Source: Dehalococcoidia bacterium (GTDB lineage Bacteria; Chloroflexota; Dehalococcoidia; Lucifugimonadales; UBA3495). Taken from it: a stretch of 64,000 bases of DNA. The stretch spans positions 27,365-91,364 of the forward strand of contig DAOUHE010000178.1 of NCBI GenBank assembly GCA_034428715.1. The letters are read 5' to 3'. Of this stretch, positions 7,629 to 17,936 are shown one piece after another. The notes below the pieces were generated by a model. That model was not told where the DNA came from. It ran no database searches and saw nothing but the letters and a program-made list of their open reading frames with translations. Numbering within the stretch: the first letter of the stretch is position 1; each line of letters starts with the position of its first letter. A program made the translations under genes and the position numbers.

Positions 7629-8821
7629 GCTTTTCAATTCCACTGTTGGCGCTTAGTCTCACATCGGTTATTTGGATTCTGGTGGGCTTGTTGGCCATGT
7701 TCACCGCCCTATCGGTGGTCGTACTCTCCCTCACCTGGCTGGAGCGGAAGCTCTTGGGCCGCCTGCAGCGGCGCTTGGGCCCCACTCGCACCGGGCCGAT
7801 GGGATTGATGCAACCCATAGCCGACGCCATCAAACTGATACTTAAAGAAGACATCGTTCCTACATCATCGGAGAAGTCCATCTTCTGGATATCCCCGATC
7901 ATTGTCGTGATCCCTGCCTTCATGATTTGGGTCACCATACCCGCTTCCCACGACGCGGTGTTGCAGAACCTGGACCTGGGCCTCTTTTACATTACAGCCT
8001 TTGCCGTGGTGGGCATAATGGGATTGGTCTTGGCGGGATGGGGCTCGGCCAATAAATACGGCACTCTGGGCGGATTGAGAGCGGCGGCCCAGCTCATCAG
8101 CTATGAGATCCCCATCATCATGGTGGTCATAGCCGTGGCGATGCTGGCCCAGTCCCTTGACCTGCGGGTTATCGTGGCTCTCCAAGACCCCTATCCTTAT
8201 GTGCTGTTGCAGCCTTTGGGATTGGCGATATTTTTCATCGCGGGTCTGGCTGAGGTAGGACGGACCCCTTTTGACATTTACTTTGCTGAATCGGAGATCG
8301 TGGGCGGTCCCTTCGTGGAATATAGCGGCGCCCATTGGTCGGTCTTCTTCCTGGCGGAATATATCAATACCTTTGCCGTCGCCGCCCTGACGGTGTTATT
8401 GTTTCTGGGCGGCTGGTCCGGCCCGCTGCTCTCGGGCGACTGGGTTATAATCTGGTTCTTGCTAAAGGTTTACGCGGTGATCCTCCTGATCTTTTGGATC
8501 CGTGGCACCTTCCCCCGGCTGCGAATCGACCAATTGATGGCATTTGCATGGAAGGCGATGGTCCCATTGTCGTTTCTGGCGATAGTGATCACCGCTATCT
8601 ACCAGTTCTACGCCTGGCCATGGTGGTCTCTGACCTTGATGTCTCTGGCCGGCCTGGGTGTGGTGGGTTACCTGGTCTACCGGCGGATGATGGGACCGGC
8701 CAACCTGGTTGCCCAGGTTCGGGCTCGGCAGGAAGCCCAGGCTAGAGAAAGGGCGCTTCTGGCAAGATCCGGTGGTGCCGTTAGTAGTTCTGGAGGAGGC
8801 GCGGCGGCTAATGCTAAATAG
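7625..8821 (+). CDS. nuoH: NADH-quinone oxidoreductase subunit H.
   Basis: Motif LERKLLGRLQRRLGPTRTGPMGLMQPIADAIKL. The likely GTG start at 7625 overlaps the nuoD stop (GTGA). It has a Gly/Ala/Ser-rich C-terminal extension. Confidence 0.92.
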   Translation: MSFSIPLLALSLTSVIWILVGLLAMFTALSVVVLSLTWLERKLLGRLQRRLGPTRTGPMGLMQPIADAIKLILKEDIVPTSSEKSIFWISPIIVVIPAFMIWVTIPASHDAVLQNLDLGLFYITAFAVVGIMGLVLAGWGSANKYGTLGGLRAAAQLISYEIPIIMVVIAVAMLAQSLDLRVIVALQDPYPYVLLQPLGLAIFFIAGLAEVGRTPFDIYFAESEIVGGPFVEYSGAHWSVFFLAEYINTFAVAALTVLLFLGGWSGPLLSGDWVIIWFLLKVYAVILLIFWIRGTFPRLRIDQLMAFAWKAMVPLSFLAIVITAIYQFYAWPWWSLTLMSLAGLGVVGYLVYRRMMGPANLVAQVRARQEAQARERALLARSGGAVSSSGGGAAANAK

Positions 8822-9398
8822 CCTCAAGGGATTGTGGGTGACCTTTGTGTCCACGGTCAACGGGTTAAGAGAGCCGGTGACCCGTCAATACCCATCGGCC
8901 GGGACATTTTGGAAAAAGGTCGCGGTGCCCACCCCGGTTCAAGACCGCTTCATGGGTTTCCCTGCGTTGACCTGGGATGGCGAGGTGGAGGAGCCCTTCT
9001 GCACCAGTTGCATGGTATGCATTCGCCAATGCCCAACCCAATGCATGTCGGCCACCATGATCGACAATCCCGCCCACCAGGAAGGACGCAGCTCAAGACG
9101 CAAGATAGTAGAGACGTTCGAGATCAACCTCAATCGGTGTATACTATGCGGGATTTGCGTCGAGGTGTGTAACTTTGACGCGATCGTGATGAGCCACGAG
9201 CATGAGATGAGTACCTTCCAGCGCAACGGCGACAGAGTGAATCTGCCGGCTCTGCTGGAGATAGGCACGAAGTTTCAACAAGAGACCGGATGGGTGCCAC
9301 CAACGGTCTTGGCCAAACAACGGGCCAGCGAGGATGCTGCCCGTGAGGAGGCCGCTAAGGAACACCCTGCCGCGGCGGCGGAACCGGCCGAGGGTTGA
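8811..9398 (+). CDS. nuoI: NADH-quinone oxidoreductase subunit I (2x[4Fe-4S] ferredoxin).
   Basis: CTSCMVCIRQCP and CILCGICVEVCNFDA. Start taken at ATG 8811 (MLNSLKGLWVTF), overlapping the nuoH end by 11 nt. Confidence 0.9.
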   Translation: MLNSLKGLWVTFVSTVNGLREPVTRQYPSAGTFWKKVAVPTPVQDRFMGFPALTWDGEVEEPFCTSCMVCIRQCPTQCMSATMIDNPAHQEGRSSRRKIVETFEINLNRCILCGICVEVCNFDAIVMSHEHEMSTFQRNGDRVNLPALLEIGTKFQQETGWVPPTVLAKQRASEDAAREEAAKEHPAAAAEPAEG

Positions 9399-9570
9399 CA
9401 TCTTGAAGTACATTCCCTAGCGGGACGGTCTTGGCCACCGGATGGTCCGCTGGGACACCGTAAAGCGATCTTTGAGCCGCCGATCTAGGTGGCTCATTAT
9501 TTGCAGGAAACGGTGACCAAGCCAGAAGCGGCGGCCAACAAGATTCAATCAAATAACCTGTGAGCAGGGC

Positions 9571-10059
9571 ATGTCCTGGTTTCTTTTCATCATATTATCG
9601 GTTCTCACCCTGGGCGGAGGCCTGGGAGTGGTCATGACCCGCAACGTGGTTCACGCGGCCTTGTTGCTTTTGGTTTCGCTGATGGCGGTGGCGGGGCTGT
9701 ATCTGATATTGCTCGCCGAATTTTTGGCGTTGGTCCAGGTACTCATATACGGCGGGGCCATCATCATCGTGTTGCTCTTCGCCATCATGCTAACGCGTTC
9801 GGACGAATATCCACGCATCGGCGACAACCGGCAATGGCCATTGGCGGCGGTGGCGGCCCTGGCATTGTTGGGAGTTCTGTCAGCCGCTTTCTGGACCCGT
9901 CCAGCGGAAAATACCCAGCTCCACAGTCCCGCATTTGCCGATCTGGGTAATTCGTTGTTCACCCGCTGGGCCATCCCCTTCGAGGTGGCTTCACTGGTGC
10001 TTCTGGTCGCCCTTATAGGCGCCATAATCATCGCCCAGAACAAGGGTGAGGAGCGCTAG
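9571..10059 (+). CDS. nuoJ: NADH-quinone oxidoreductase subunit J.
   Basis: 162-aa membrane ORF with the VQVLIYGGAIIIVLLFAIML motif, in the expected operon position. Confidence 0.9.
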   Translation: MSWFLFIILSVLTLGGGLGVVMTRNVVHAALLLLVSLMAVAGLYLILLAEFLALVQVLIYGGAIIIVLLFAIMLTRSDEYPRIGDNRQWPLAAVAALALLGVLSAAFWTRPAENTQLHSPAFADLGNSLFTRWAIPFEVASLVLLVALIGAIIIAQNKGEER

Positions 10060-10061
10060 CC

Positions 10062-10382
10062 TTGGTTCCACTGGTCTATTTTCAATTGGTCAGCGCCGCC
10101 CTGTTTGTCATTGGAATGTATGGTGTTTTGGCCCGGCGCAGCGCCGTCTTGATCATCATGTCCATCGAGTTGATGCTAAACGCGGTGAATATCAACCTCA
10201 TCGCCGCCGCCTCTCACCTGGAAGGCGTGGGCAGGTTCGCCCGGTTCGACGGCCAGATCATCGCCATATTCGTGATAACCGTTGCCGCCGCCGAAGTGGG
10301 ACTGGGCTTGGCTATCATCCTGCGAATGTACCGTAACCGCGGCACCGTGAACGTGGATGAGATCCACCTTATGAAATGGTAA
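10062..10382 (+). CDS. nuoK: NADH-quinone oxidoreductase subunit K.
   Basis: 106-aa ORF with LARRSAVLIIMSIELMLNAVNINLIA. TTG start 2 nt after the nuoJ stop. Confidence 0.9.
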   Translation: MVPLVYFQLVSAALFVIGMYGVLARRSAVLIIMSIELMLNAVNINLIAAASHLEGVGRFARFDGQIIAIFVITVAAAEVGLGLAIILRMYRNRGTVNVDEIHLMKW

Positions 10383-10388
10383 AAAGCC

Positions 10389-10416
10389 TTCAGCTTTCAG
10401 CTTTCAGCTATCAGCC
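10389..10416. repeat. Heptamer tandem repeat (TTCAGCT x3 plus ATCAGCC).
   Basis: ttcagctttcagctttcagctatcagcc sits in the 55-nt nuoK-nuoL gap. Confidence 0.8.
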
Positions 10417-10437
10417 TTTGACGGGGCCCGCCTAAGT

Positions 10438-12357
10438 ATGGAATGGGCTTGGCTCATACCGGTGTTGAGCTTTATCGCCGCGCCGGTGATCGTCATCGTG
10501 GGCCCTCGGCTGCCCGGCAAAGGCTCTTTTCTGGCAATCCTGGCCATCGCCGCGGGATTCTTGCTTTTCTGGGTGGTGCTGAGCGGGTTCTTGGGGGCAA
10601 CACCCCAGTCTGAAGATTGCGTGACCAGCCCAGAAACGAAAATGTTGGTCTGCGATTACCAGCGGGATTGGTTCCACGCTGGGCTAGCCGGAAGGGACCT
10701 CAGCGTGACTCTGACCTTGGGCACGTTGATAGACCCTTTGACCATAGCCATGTTGGGTCTGGTGACCTTGGTCGCGTTGATGGTCCAGGTCTATTCCCTG
10801 GGTTACATGAAGGGCGACCCCAAGCTGGGCTGGTACTACGCCGTCCACGCCATGTTCGCTGGGTCCATGTTGACTCTGGTACTGGCCGACAATTTCCTGC
10901 TGTTGTACGTGGCCTGGGAGTTGGTGGGCATCTGCTCCTACCTGCTCATCGGCTTCTGGCACGAACGCCCTGAGCCCAGGGAGGCGGCTAAAAAGGCGTT
11001 CATAGTCACCCGCATCGGCGACGTGGGCCTGTTGGTGGGGATCTTGCTCATATGGCGGGAGGTGGGCAGCTTTAGCATGTCTGAGGCCTTTGAAGCGGTC
11101 AGCAGCGGGGCCATGAGCGAGGGAGTCACCACCGTGGCCGCTCTATTGCTGTTCCTGGGGGCCATGGGGAAATCCGCCCAGTTTCCTTTCCACGTCTGGT
11201 TGCCCGACGCCATGGAAGGTCCCACCCCGGTCAGCGCCCTTATCCACGCCGCCACGATGGTGGTGGCCGGGGTTTATCTGGTGGCTCGCGCTTTTCCGAT
11301 TTTCTCGGCATACGACGGCGACGCCCTGACGGTGGTTGCTGTCGTTGGCCTGGTCACTGCGCTGGGCGCTTCCGCCATCGCATTGGTGGCCACCGACCTG
11401 AAACGTATTCTGGCCTATTCAACAATCAGCCACCTGGGGTTGATGATGCTTTCCCTGGGAGCTTTTGGCTACACTGCGGCAATTTTCCACCTGTTGGCCC
11501 ACGGATTCGCCAAGGCTCTCTTGTTCCTGGGGGCCGGCAGCGTCATCCATGGCGCCGAAACCCAGGATGTCCGGGAGATGGGCGGATTGATCAAAGTGAT
11601 GCCCATCACGGCCATCGTGTTTTCCGTGGGGGCTCTGTCGCTGGGAGGAATACCTCTGCTTGCCGGGTTTTGGAGCAAGGACGAGATACTTAACGCCGTC
11701 AACCAGAACCTCAGCCCGGCCTTCGTCGTGCTTACCTTGGTGGTGGCGTTCCTGAGCGCCTTTTATATGGCCCGGGCTATGTTCGTGGTGTTTTTTGGGC
11801 GGTTGGGCGAGGGTTTGGAGCAGGTCCACGAATCGCCCTGGCTGATGACCGTGCCCCTGATGATCCTTGCCGTATTTGCCGCCGGGTTTGGCCTGATCAC
11901 TTTCAACTGGCCGGGCGCTTTCCCAGGGTTAGGCGGGCTGATCTTCTTCCACGAGGTGGAGGAGTTCCATTTTAATCTATGGATCGGGGTTCTATCTACC
12001 ATCCTGGCCCTGGGCGCGTTCTGGCTGGCCAGCCTCTGCTATCTGAGGGCGAGGATCTCGCCGGATAGCGTGCGGCAGCGGGTCCCCTGGCTGGCCACCT
12101 TAGTGGAAAACAAGTATTACTTTGACGAGATCTACCAATGGACCGTCGACCGCGTGGTCTTGGTCATATCCAGATTCATAGCCTTCTTCGATAGGGCGGT
12201 GGTCAACGACGTGGGAGTCAACGGACCCGCCGACACGGTGCGCCGCCTGGGGTTCGTCTTGAGGCTCCACGTCACCGGCCATTTCTACAGCTACGGGCTG
12301 GCTATGGTTTTGGGGTCGGTGGGGCTGGTCATATTTTGGTGGCTGAGGGCGGTTTAA
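10438..12357 (+). CDS. nuoL: NADH-quinone oxidoreductase subunit L.
   Basis: 639-aa antiporter-like subunit with WELVGICSYLLIGFW and GKSAQFPFHVWLPDAMEGPTPVSALIHAATMV. Confidence 0.95.
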   Translation: MEWAWLIPVLSFIAAPVIVIVGPRLPGKGSFLAILAIAAGFLLFWVVLSGFLGATPQSEDCVTSPETKMLVCDYQRDWFHAGLAGRDLSVTLTLGTLIDPLTIAMLGLVTLVALMVQVYSLGYMKGDPKLGWYYAVHAMFAGSMLTLVLADNFLLLYVAWELVGICSYLLIGFWHERPEPREAAKKAFIVTRIGDVGLLVGILLIWREVGSFSMSEAFEAVSSGAMSEGVTTVAALLLFLGAMGKSAQFPFHVWLPDAMEGPTPVSALIHAATMVVAGVYLVARAFPIFSAYDGDALTVVAVVGLVTALGASAIALVATDLKRILAYSTISHLGLMMLSLGAFGYTAAIFHLLAHGFAKALLFLGAGSVIHGAETQDVREMGGLIKVMPITAIVFSVGALSLGGIPLLAGFWSKDEILNAVNQNLSPAFVVLTLVVAFLSAFYMARAMFVVFFGRLGEGLEQVHESPWLMTVPLMILAVFAAGFGLITFNWPGAFPGLGGLIFFHEVEEFHFNLWIGVLSTILALGAFWLASLCYLRARISPDSVRQRVPWLATLVENKYYFDEIYQWTVDRVVLVISRFIAFFDRAVVNDVGVNGPADTVRRLGFVLRLHVTGHFYSYGLAMVLGSVGLVIFWWLRAV

Positions 12358-12436
12358 AGTTTGTTTGGAGCGTCAAAGGCAATTTATTGAGCCTTACGTT
12401 GATCGCTAAACATTTCGCACAACCAGTCTAAAGCAG

Positions 12437-12482
12437 AAATCCCCCTGTCTCCCGCTTTGTAAAGGGCGACTAAGGGGGATTC
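12437..12482. repeat. REP-like hairpin (AAATCCCCCT...AGGGGGATT family).
   Basis: AATCCCCCT (12438-12446) and AGGGGGATT (12473-12481) are exact complements flanking CTTTGTAAAGGG. A related element lies at 44886-44949. Confidence 0.7.
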
Positions 12483-12578
12483 ATCCCCACTGGCTACATA
12501 TCGAGAAGTTTAGCAGCCGATTTAAGGCACGGCAGACGGATAAAATCGTTGGACACAACCTCGGGCAATAAACCGTAA

Positions 12579-14093
12579 ATGAGCGGATTGAACCAGTCGG
12601 CATTGTTTTTGATCATCATGGTCCCCTTGCTGGGTGCCGTGTTGACCATGTTTTTGCCCAAGGACAGACCTAGAGACGCCTGGTATTTCGCTATAGGCGT
12701 GTCCATCATCTGCCTGTTGTTGTCTATTTACGTGTTCCTCAGCTACGACTACGGCGCCGGCGGGTTCCAGCTGGAACGTACGTTCAAATGGTTGGAAGCG
12801 CCCATAAATATCGACCTGTCGCTGGGAGTGGACGGCATAGCCGCGCCCTTGATCTTGCTCAACGGCCTGGTGCTTTTGGGAGCGGTACTGATATCCCAGA
12901 CCATTCGCGTCAGAACCCGGGATTTCTTCGTATTGCTGCAAGCTCTGGGTGCGGGCGTATTTGGCGTTTTTGTGGTGCGGGACCTGTTCTTCCTGTTCTT
13001 CTTCTACGAGTTGGCAGTGCTTCCCATGTATTTGCTGATAGGTGTATGGGGCAGCAGCACCGACTTCGGTTCGTTCCTTCGGACCAAAGAATATTCGGCA
13101 ATGAAGCTGTTCCTTTATCTGATTGCCGGAAGCATCTTGGTTTGGATCGCCATCCTGGCAATGTACGTCAAAGCCGCCAGCCTCGGTCTGCCCACATTTT
13201 CCTTGGAATTGTTGGGGAAGTTGGCGGCCAGTGGCGCTATCAGCGAGGAGTTTCAGACCTGGGTGTTTCCTCTGTTCATGGTGGGGTTTGGCATCTTGGC
13301 CGGCTTATGGCCTTTCCACACCTGGTCTCCCGACGGACACGTAGCGGCCCCGACGGGGGTCAGCATGCTCCATGCCGGCGTGCTGATGAAGCTGGGGGCT
13401 TACGGAATCATCCGGGTCGGCGTGGTTCTCTTACCCGAGGGGGCGGAGAACTGGATGCCTGTGCTGATCACCCTGGGCACGATAAACGTGCTGTACGGCG
13501 CTATCTCCGCCATGTCACAGACGGACCTCAAGTACGTGGTGGGTTATTCCAGCGTGAGCCACATGGGTTATGTGCTCATGGGAATCGCCACACTGGATCC
13601 CATAGGGGTAGGTGGCGCCGTATTACAGATGTTCTCCCATGGGATAATGACGGCCCTGATGTTCCTTTTGGTGGGGGCAGTTTATGACCGGGCGCACATC
13701 CGCGACATCTACGTTTTGAATGGATTGTTCAGCAGGATGAGGGTCACCAGTTTCTTCTTCATCATAGCTGGTTTAGCGTCTTTGGGGCTGCCGGGCCTGA
13801 GCGGCTTCATTGCCGAATTCATGGTTTTCACCGGCACGTTCCGTACCTATCTTCCGTTGGCCGTGCTGGCCGTAGTGGGGGCGGCGCTAACGGCAGTCTA
13901 CATTTTGAGACTGCTGGCCCGTACCTTCCTGGGTGAGATGGACCCCCGGTGGGAGCATCTTACCGACTCGAGCCCCGTGGAAAAATCGGTAGGCGCTGTT
14001 TTCGTCCTGATCTTGATCCTAGTGGGTGTTTGGCCCCAACCCATGATGCGGGTTATAAATGTTGGCGTAGCTGCTTTGCCGGGGATTTACTAA
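12579..14093 (+). CDS. nuoM: NADH-quinone oxidoreductase subunit M.
   Basis: 504-aa antiporter-like subunit with FFYELAVLPMYLLIGVWG and HTWSPDGHVAAPTGVSMLHAGVLMKLG. Confidence 0.95.
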   Translation: MSGLNQSALFLIIMVPLLGAVLTMFLPKDRPRDAWYFAIGVSIICLLLSIYVFLSYDYGAGGFQLERTFKWLEAPINIDLSLGVDGIAAPLILLNGLVLLGAVLISQTIRVRTRDFFVLLQALGAGVFGVFVVRDLFFLFFFYELAVLPMYLLIGVWGSSTDFGSFLRTKEYSAMKLFLYLIAGSILVWIAILAMYVKAASLGLPTFSLELLGKLAASGAISEEFQTWVFPLFMVGFGILAGLWPFHTWSPDGHVAAPTGVSMLHAGVLMKLGAYGIIRVGVVLLPEGAENWMPVLITLGTINVLYGAISAMSQTDLKYVVGYSSVSHMGYVLMGIATLDPIGVGGAVLQMFSHGIMTALMFLLVGAVYDRAHIRDIYVLNGLFSRMRVTSFFFIIAGLASLGLPGLSGFIAEFMVFTGTFRTYLPLAVLAVVGAALTAVYILRLLARTFLGEMDPRWEHLTDSSPVEKSVGAVFVLILILVGVWPQPMMRVINVGVAALPGIY

Positions 14094-14164
14094 AAATATG
14101 CCTGCCGGGCGTCAAATGGTACCTAGAGTACATCTCCAACCAGTCTTTTCAGAACGGGCGGACC

Positions 14165-14278
14165 CTCGGCCGGCTCAGGACCATCGGGGAGAATGGACCC
14201 TCTCCGTTGGTCCTGAGCCCTTCGACGGATTTTATCTTGAGCGAAGCCGAAGGGCGCAGGATAGGCCTGTCGAACCAA
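14165..14278. repeat. REP-like imperfect palindrome (GGCTCAGGACC family) plus adjacent related half-sites.
   Basis: GGCTCAGGACCATCGG (14172-14187) pairs with CCGTTGGTCCTGAGCC (14205-14220), with one mismatch. CTTCGACGG, GAGCGAAGCCGAAGGG and CTGTCGAACC follow, as in the 6347-6412 element. Confidence 0.65.
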
Positions 14279-14302
14279 CTTTTGAGGTAGCTGCTAATTG
14301 AA

Positions 14303-15853
14303 ATGGCTGGATTGACCGAAAATATCGGTTTGTTGACGCCTGAGTTTGCCTTGGCCGGCTTGGCTTTGGGGGTCCTAGCAGTGGACCTGCTTCTCCCCGA
14401 TGGCAAGAAGAAGTTGATCCCATGGCTTTCGGTGGCAGGTTTGGCTGGGATCATCGCCCTTGCCATCGCCATGCTTTGGGGCCGGCAGGAGACACTTTAC
14501 GATGGGCTCCTGGCCGTCGACGCCTTCTCCCTGTTCTTCAAGGTGTTCTTTTTAGGACTGGGCGTGTTGATCATTTTCAGCTCCATAGAATTTGTGGACC
14601 AAAGGCTCGAAAATCCGGGCGAGTTCTACGGGATTTTGCTGTTTTCCATCCTGGGCATGAACTTGATGGTCCAAGCGAGGGAGCTGCTGACCGCTTACAT
14701 AGCCCTTGAGCTATTGAGCTTTTGCCTCTACGTCCTTGCCACGTACGCCAAAGGGGAGTCCCGGTCAAACGAGGCTGGGCTGAAATACATCCTGATCGGC
14801 GCATTCTCGTCGGCCATTTTGCTATACGGCGTTAGCATGATTTATTCCACCCTGGGAGTCACCCGTTTTGCCGATATCAGTTTGGCTCTTTCATTGACCG
14901 GGGCTGGGGATGTCTCTCCGGCTTTGTGGGCAGGCTTGGCGCTGTTGGTGGCTGGACTGGGCTTCAAAGTGGCAGCCGTACCCTTTCATATGTGGGCGCC
15001 CGACGTGTACGAGGGTGCTCCGTTACCGGTCACGGCCTACCTGGCCATTGGTTCGAAGGCGGCCGCCTTTGCCTTGATCCTGCGGCTAATGGCTGAAGGA
15101 TTCGTACCTGCGGAGGCCTTGTGGAGCCAGTGGCAGTTGTTGTTGGCGGTAATGGCCGCGGTGACCATGTTGGTGGGTAACCTGGTGGCCCTGGCCCAGA
15201 CGAATATCAAACGTCTCTTGGCTTACTCCTCCATTGGGCATGTTGGATTTTTACTGGCGGGGATAGCCGCTTTGGCGCCCACCTCGGCTTTGGCTTCCAA
15301 CGGCGTCATGCTATATTTGGTGGGGTATTCCCTGTCCAACATGGTGGTTTTCGCCGGGATCATTGCCTTCTACAACCTAACCGGGCGGGAGGAGATCTCG
15401 GACCTTGGCGGCCTGGCAGACCGGCAACCCTTACTGGCCGCCAGCATCGCCATCGGGATGTTTTCCCTGGGCGGGTTGCCCATCTTCGCCGGATTCGCGA
15501 TCAAATTCTATCTGTTCGTCGCGATAGCCAATGAAGGCTTTCTATGGCTGGCGGGAGTGGCAATATTCTCCAGCCTGATCTCCCTCTACTATTACCTCCA
15601 GGTTATCAGGCAAATGTACATTGAACCGGTCCCGGAATACCTGGCAGCCGGCGGGCAAGAGGATGGCGCAATCGTTGGGAGCGGAACCGCCCTTGGAAAC
15701 GATGGCGAGTCCATCCAGACGCTCTCGCCGTCTTTGTTGATACAGGGTGTGTTGGCGGTGGGACTCGTGGGGGTAGTGGCCGTTGGGGTCTACCCCGCCC
15801 CGTTGCTGGACCTGATTCAGGCGGCCAGCATCGCGATCTTGCCCGGGGCATGA
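14303..15853 (+). CDS. nuoN: NADH-quinone oxidoreductase subunit N.
   Basis: 516-aa antiporter-like subunit with FKVAAVPFHMWAPDVYEGAPLPVTAYL. It is the last gene of the operon. Confidence 0.93.
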   Translation: MAGLTENIGLLTPEFALAGLALGVLAVDLLLPDGKKKLIPWLSVAGLAGIIALAIAMLWGRQETLYDGLLAVDAFSLFFKVFFLGLGVLIIFSSIEFVDQRLENPGEFYGILLFSILGMNLMVQARELLTAYIALELLSFCLYVLATYAKGESRSNEAGLKYILIGAFSSAILLYGVSMIYSTLGVTRFADISLALSLTGAGDVSPALWAGLALLVAGLGFKVAAVPFHMWAPDVYEGAPLPVTAYLAIGSKAAAFALILRLMAEGFVPAEALWSQWQLLLAVMAAVTMLVGNLVALAQTNIKRLLAYSSIGHVGFLLAGIAALAPTSALASNGVMLYLVGYSLSNMVVFAGIIAFYNLTGREEISDLGGLADRQPLLAASIAIGMFSLGGLPIFAGFAIKFYLFVAIANEGFLWLAGVAIFSSLISLYYYLQVIRQMYIEPVPEYLAAGGQEDGAIVGSGTALGNDGESIQTLSPSLLIQGVLAVGLVGVVAVGVYPAPLLDLIQAASIAILPGA

Positions 15854-15964
15854 CGGCGTCGCTTTGCGGTTCAGGAGTGGTTTTACCACCCGTTCGCTAT
15901 AATCCTTATACAATGTCAGGCGTATATCTCGAGTGGCTCAAAAGTCAGGCAGGCGGGTTGGACC

Positions 15965-16459
15965 ATGATCATCGCGGTTATTGGCAGTAGTAGACCGGCG
16001 ACTACCGAACATGTGGAATTGGCCGAGCAGGTGGGCCGTGAATTGGCTAAACGAGGCATTCAGGTAGTTTGCGGTGGCCTTACCGGGATAATGGAAGCCG
16101 TGTGCCGGGGGGCAAAGGCCGAAGGTGGATTGACCATCGGGATACTGCCCGGCCAGTCGACCAAAGAAGCCAATCAATACGTGGATATACCTATAGTCAC
16201 CGGGATGCGCTACTCAAGAAACGTCATTGTCGTCAACACCGGACAGGCCGTGATATCCATTGGCGGCGCGTTTGGAACCCTTTCGGAGATCGGCCACGCA
16301 TTAGGAGACGGGATACCGGTGATTGGGTTAAAAACCTGGAACCTTTCACTGAATGGCGATGGCCAGCCGGTGGACAGGGCGATAATCCCGGCCAGCGACC
16401 CCGTGGACGCGGTGGATAAAGCGGTGGCTGCCGCTAAGGCCCGCGGCCAGGGCGATTAA
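15965..16459 (+). CDS. TIGR00725-type SLOG/LOG-like Rossmann-fold protein.
   Basis: 164-aa ORF with IIAVIGSSR...[30 protein letters not shown]...[11 protein letters not shown], typical of the LOG/DprA-like TIGR00725 family. Confidence 0.7.
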   Translation: MIIAVIGSSRPATTEHVELAEQVGRELAKRGIQVVCGGLTGIMEAVCRGAKAEGGLTIGILPGQSTKEANQYVDIPIVTGMRYSRNVIVVNTGQAVISIGGAFGTLSEIGHALGDGIPVIGLKTWNLSLNGDGQPVDRAIIPASDPVDAVDKAVAAAKARGQGD

Positions 16460-16604
16460 ACGCCGCTCATTCCTCCGGGCGTTTAAGCACCCACATTGTT
16501 GGTTGATACCATCGTTGGCACGCCATCGTGGCGCCCCACGCCCCCGGTTGGGCCAAAAATTCAAACCTTTTGAATCAAACACCTTTCTGGGAGGACCTTT
16601 CAAT

Positions 16605-17936
16605 ATGTCGCAATCCGCCGGAGGCGCAAATATAGCCGCTGTCTCAGGCCGGGAAACCCTGGATTCCAGGGGCAACCCAACTGTTGAAGCCGAGGTTGTG
16701 CTCTCCAACGGTGTTACTGGCCGGGCGATCGTTCCCTCGGGGGCCAGCACGGGCACCTATGAGGCGTTGGAGTTGCGGGACGGCGATCCCGGCCGCTATC
16801 GCGGCGTTGGAGTGCTGAAGGCCGTTGGCAACGTGAACCAAGTCATCGGCCCGTCGCTTGTGGGCATGTCTCCGTTGGACCAGGAGGTCATCGACCGGCA
16901 TCTGATCGACTTGGACGGCACCCCCAATAAATCGATTCTGGGCGCCAACGCCATACTGGCCGTTTCCATGGCGGTGGCCAAAGCCGGGGCGATGGCGGCC
17001 AATGATGCCCACCCCACCGAGGAAAGACTTTGGCAGCGTTTGTCCCAGGGTGGCGCTGTGTCCCTTCCAGTGCCCATGTTCAATATTCTGAACGGTGGCC
17101 GGCACGCGTCAAACTCCACCGACGTGCAGGAATTCATGGTGGCTCCGGCGGGCGCCCGCTCGTTTTCGGACGCCTTGCGGGCAGGCGTGGAGATATACCA
17201 CGCGTTGCGGGATTTGCTCCACGACGGCGGCCACAATCTGAACGTGGGCGACGAGGGCGGTTTCGCGCCCAGCTTGCCTTCCAATCAGGATGGCCTGGAA
17301 CTGGTGGTAAAGGCCATAGAGTCCGCCGGATACCGGCCCGGGAAAGACGTTTATATACACCTGGACGTGGCAGCCTCCGAGCTATTTGACCGGGACCAGG
17401 GCAAATACGTATTGGCCAGGGAAGGCACCACCATGACCGCCGGGGAACTCATCGATCTGTACGACGTATGGCGGCGGCAGTATCCCATCATCAGCATCGA
17501 AGACGGGTTGGATGAAGACGATTGGGATGGATGGCGGCAGCTGGTCAACCGGGTGGGCGATAGGGTTCAGTTGGTGGGAGACGACGTTTTCGTCACCAAC
17601 CTAGAACGTATCAAACGGGGCGTCGAAACCAAAGCGGCAACATCGGTGCTGCTGAAGCCCAATCAGATAGGCACGTTGACTGAAACCTACGATGCCCTAA
17701 AGATGGCTCGCAACGCCGGTTGGGGCGCCGTCATGAGCCACCGGTCAGGGGAGACCGAGGACACTACCATAGCTGATCTAGCGGTGGGGTGGGACGTGGG
17801 CCAGATAAAAACGGGCGCCCCGGCCAGGTCGGAAAGGGTGGCCAAGTATAACCGGCTGCTGAGAATAGAATCCCAGTTGGGCGACCGGGCTAAATACGCC
17901 GGTTGGGATGCCTATAGCCACGTCAATCTGGGATGA
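16605..17936 (+). CDS. eno: Enolase (phosphopyruvate hydratase).
   Basis: Motifs [30 protein letters not shown] and [17 protein letters not shown]. Start moved to ATG 16605. Confidence 0.95.
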   Translation: MSQSAGGANIAAVSGRETLDSRGNPTVEAEVVLSNGVTGRAIVPSGASTGTYEALELRDGDPGRYRGVGVLKAVGNVNQVIGPSLVGMSPLDQEVIDRHLIDLDGTPNKSILGANAILAVSMAVAKAGAMAANDAHPTEERLWQRLSQGGAVSLPVPMFNILNGGRHASNSTDVQEFMVAPAGARSFSDALRAGVEIYHALRDLLHDGGHNLNVGDEGGFAPSLPSNQDGLELVVKAIESAGYRPGKDVYIHLDVAASELFDRDQGKYVLAREGTTMTAGELIDLYDVWRRQYPIISIEDGLDEDDWDGWRQLVNRVGDRVQLVGDDVFVTNLERIKRGVETKAATSVLLKPNQIGTLTETYDALKMARNAGWGAVMSHRSGETEDTTIADLAVGWDVGQIKTGAPARSERVAKYNRLLRIESQLGDRAKYAGWDAYSHVNLG

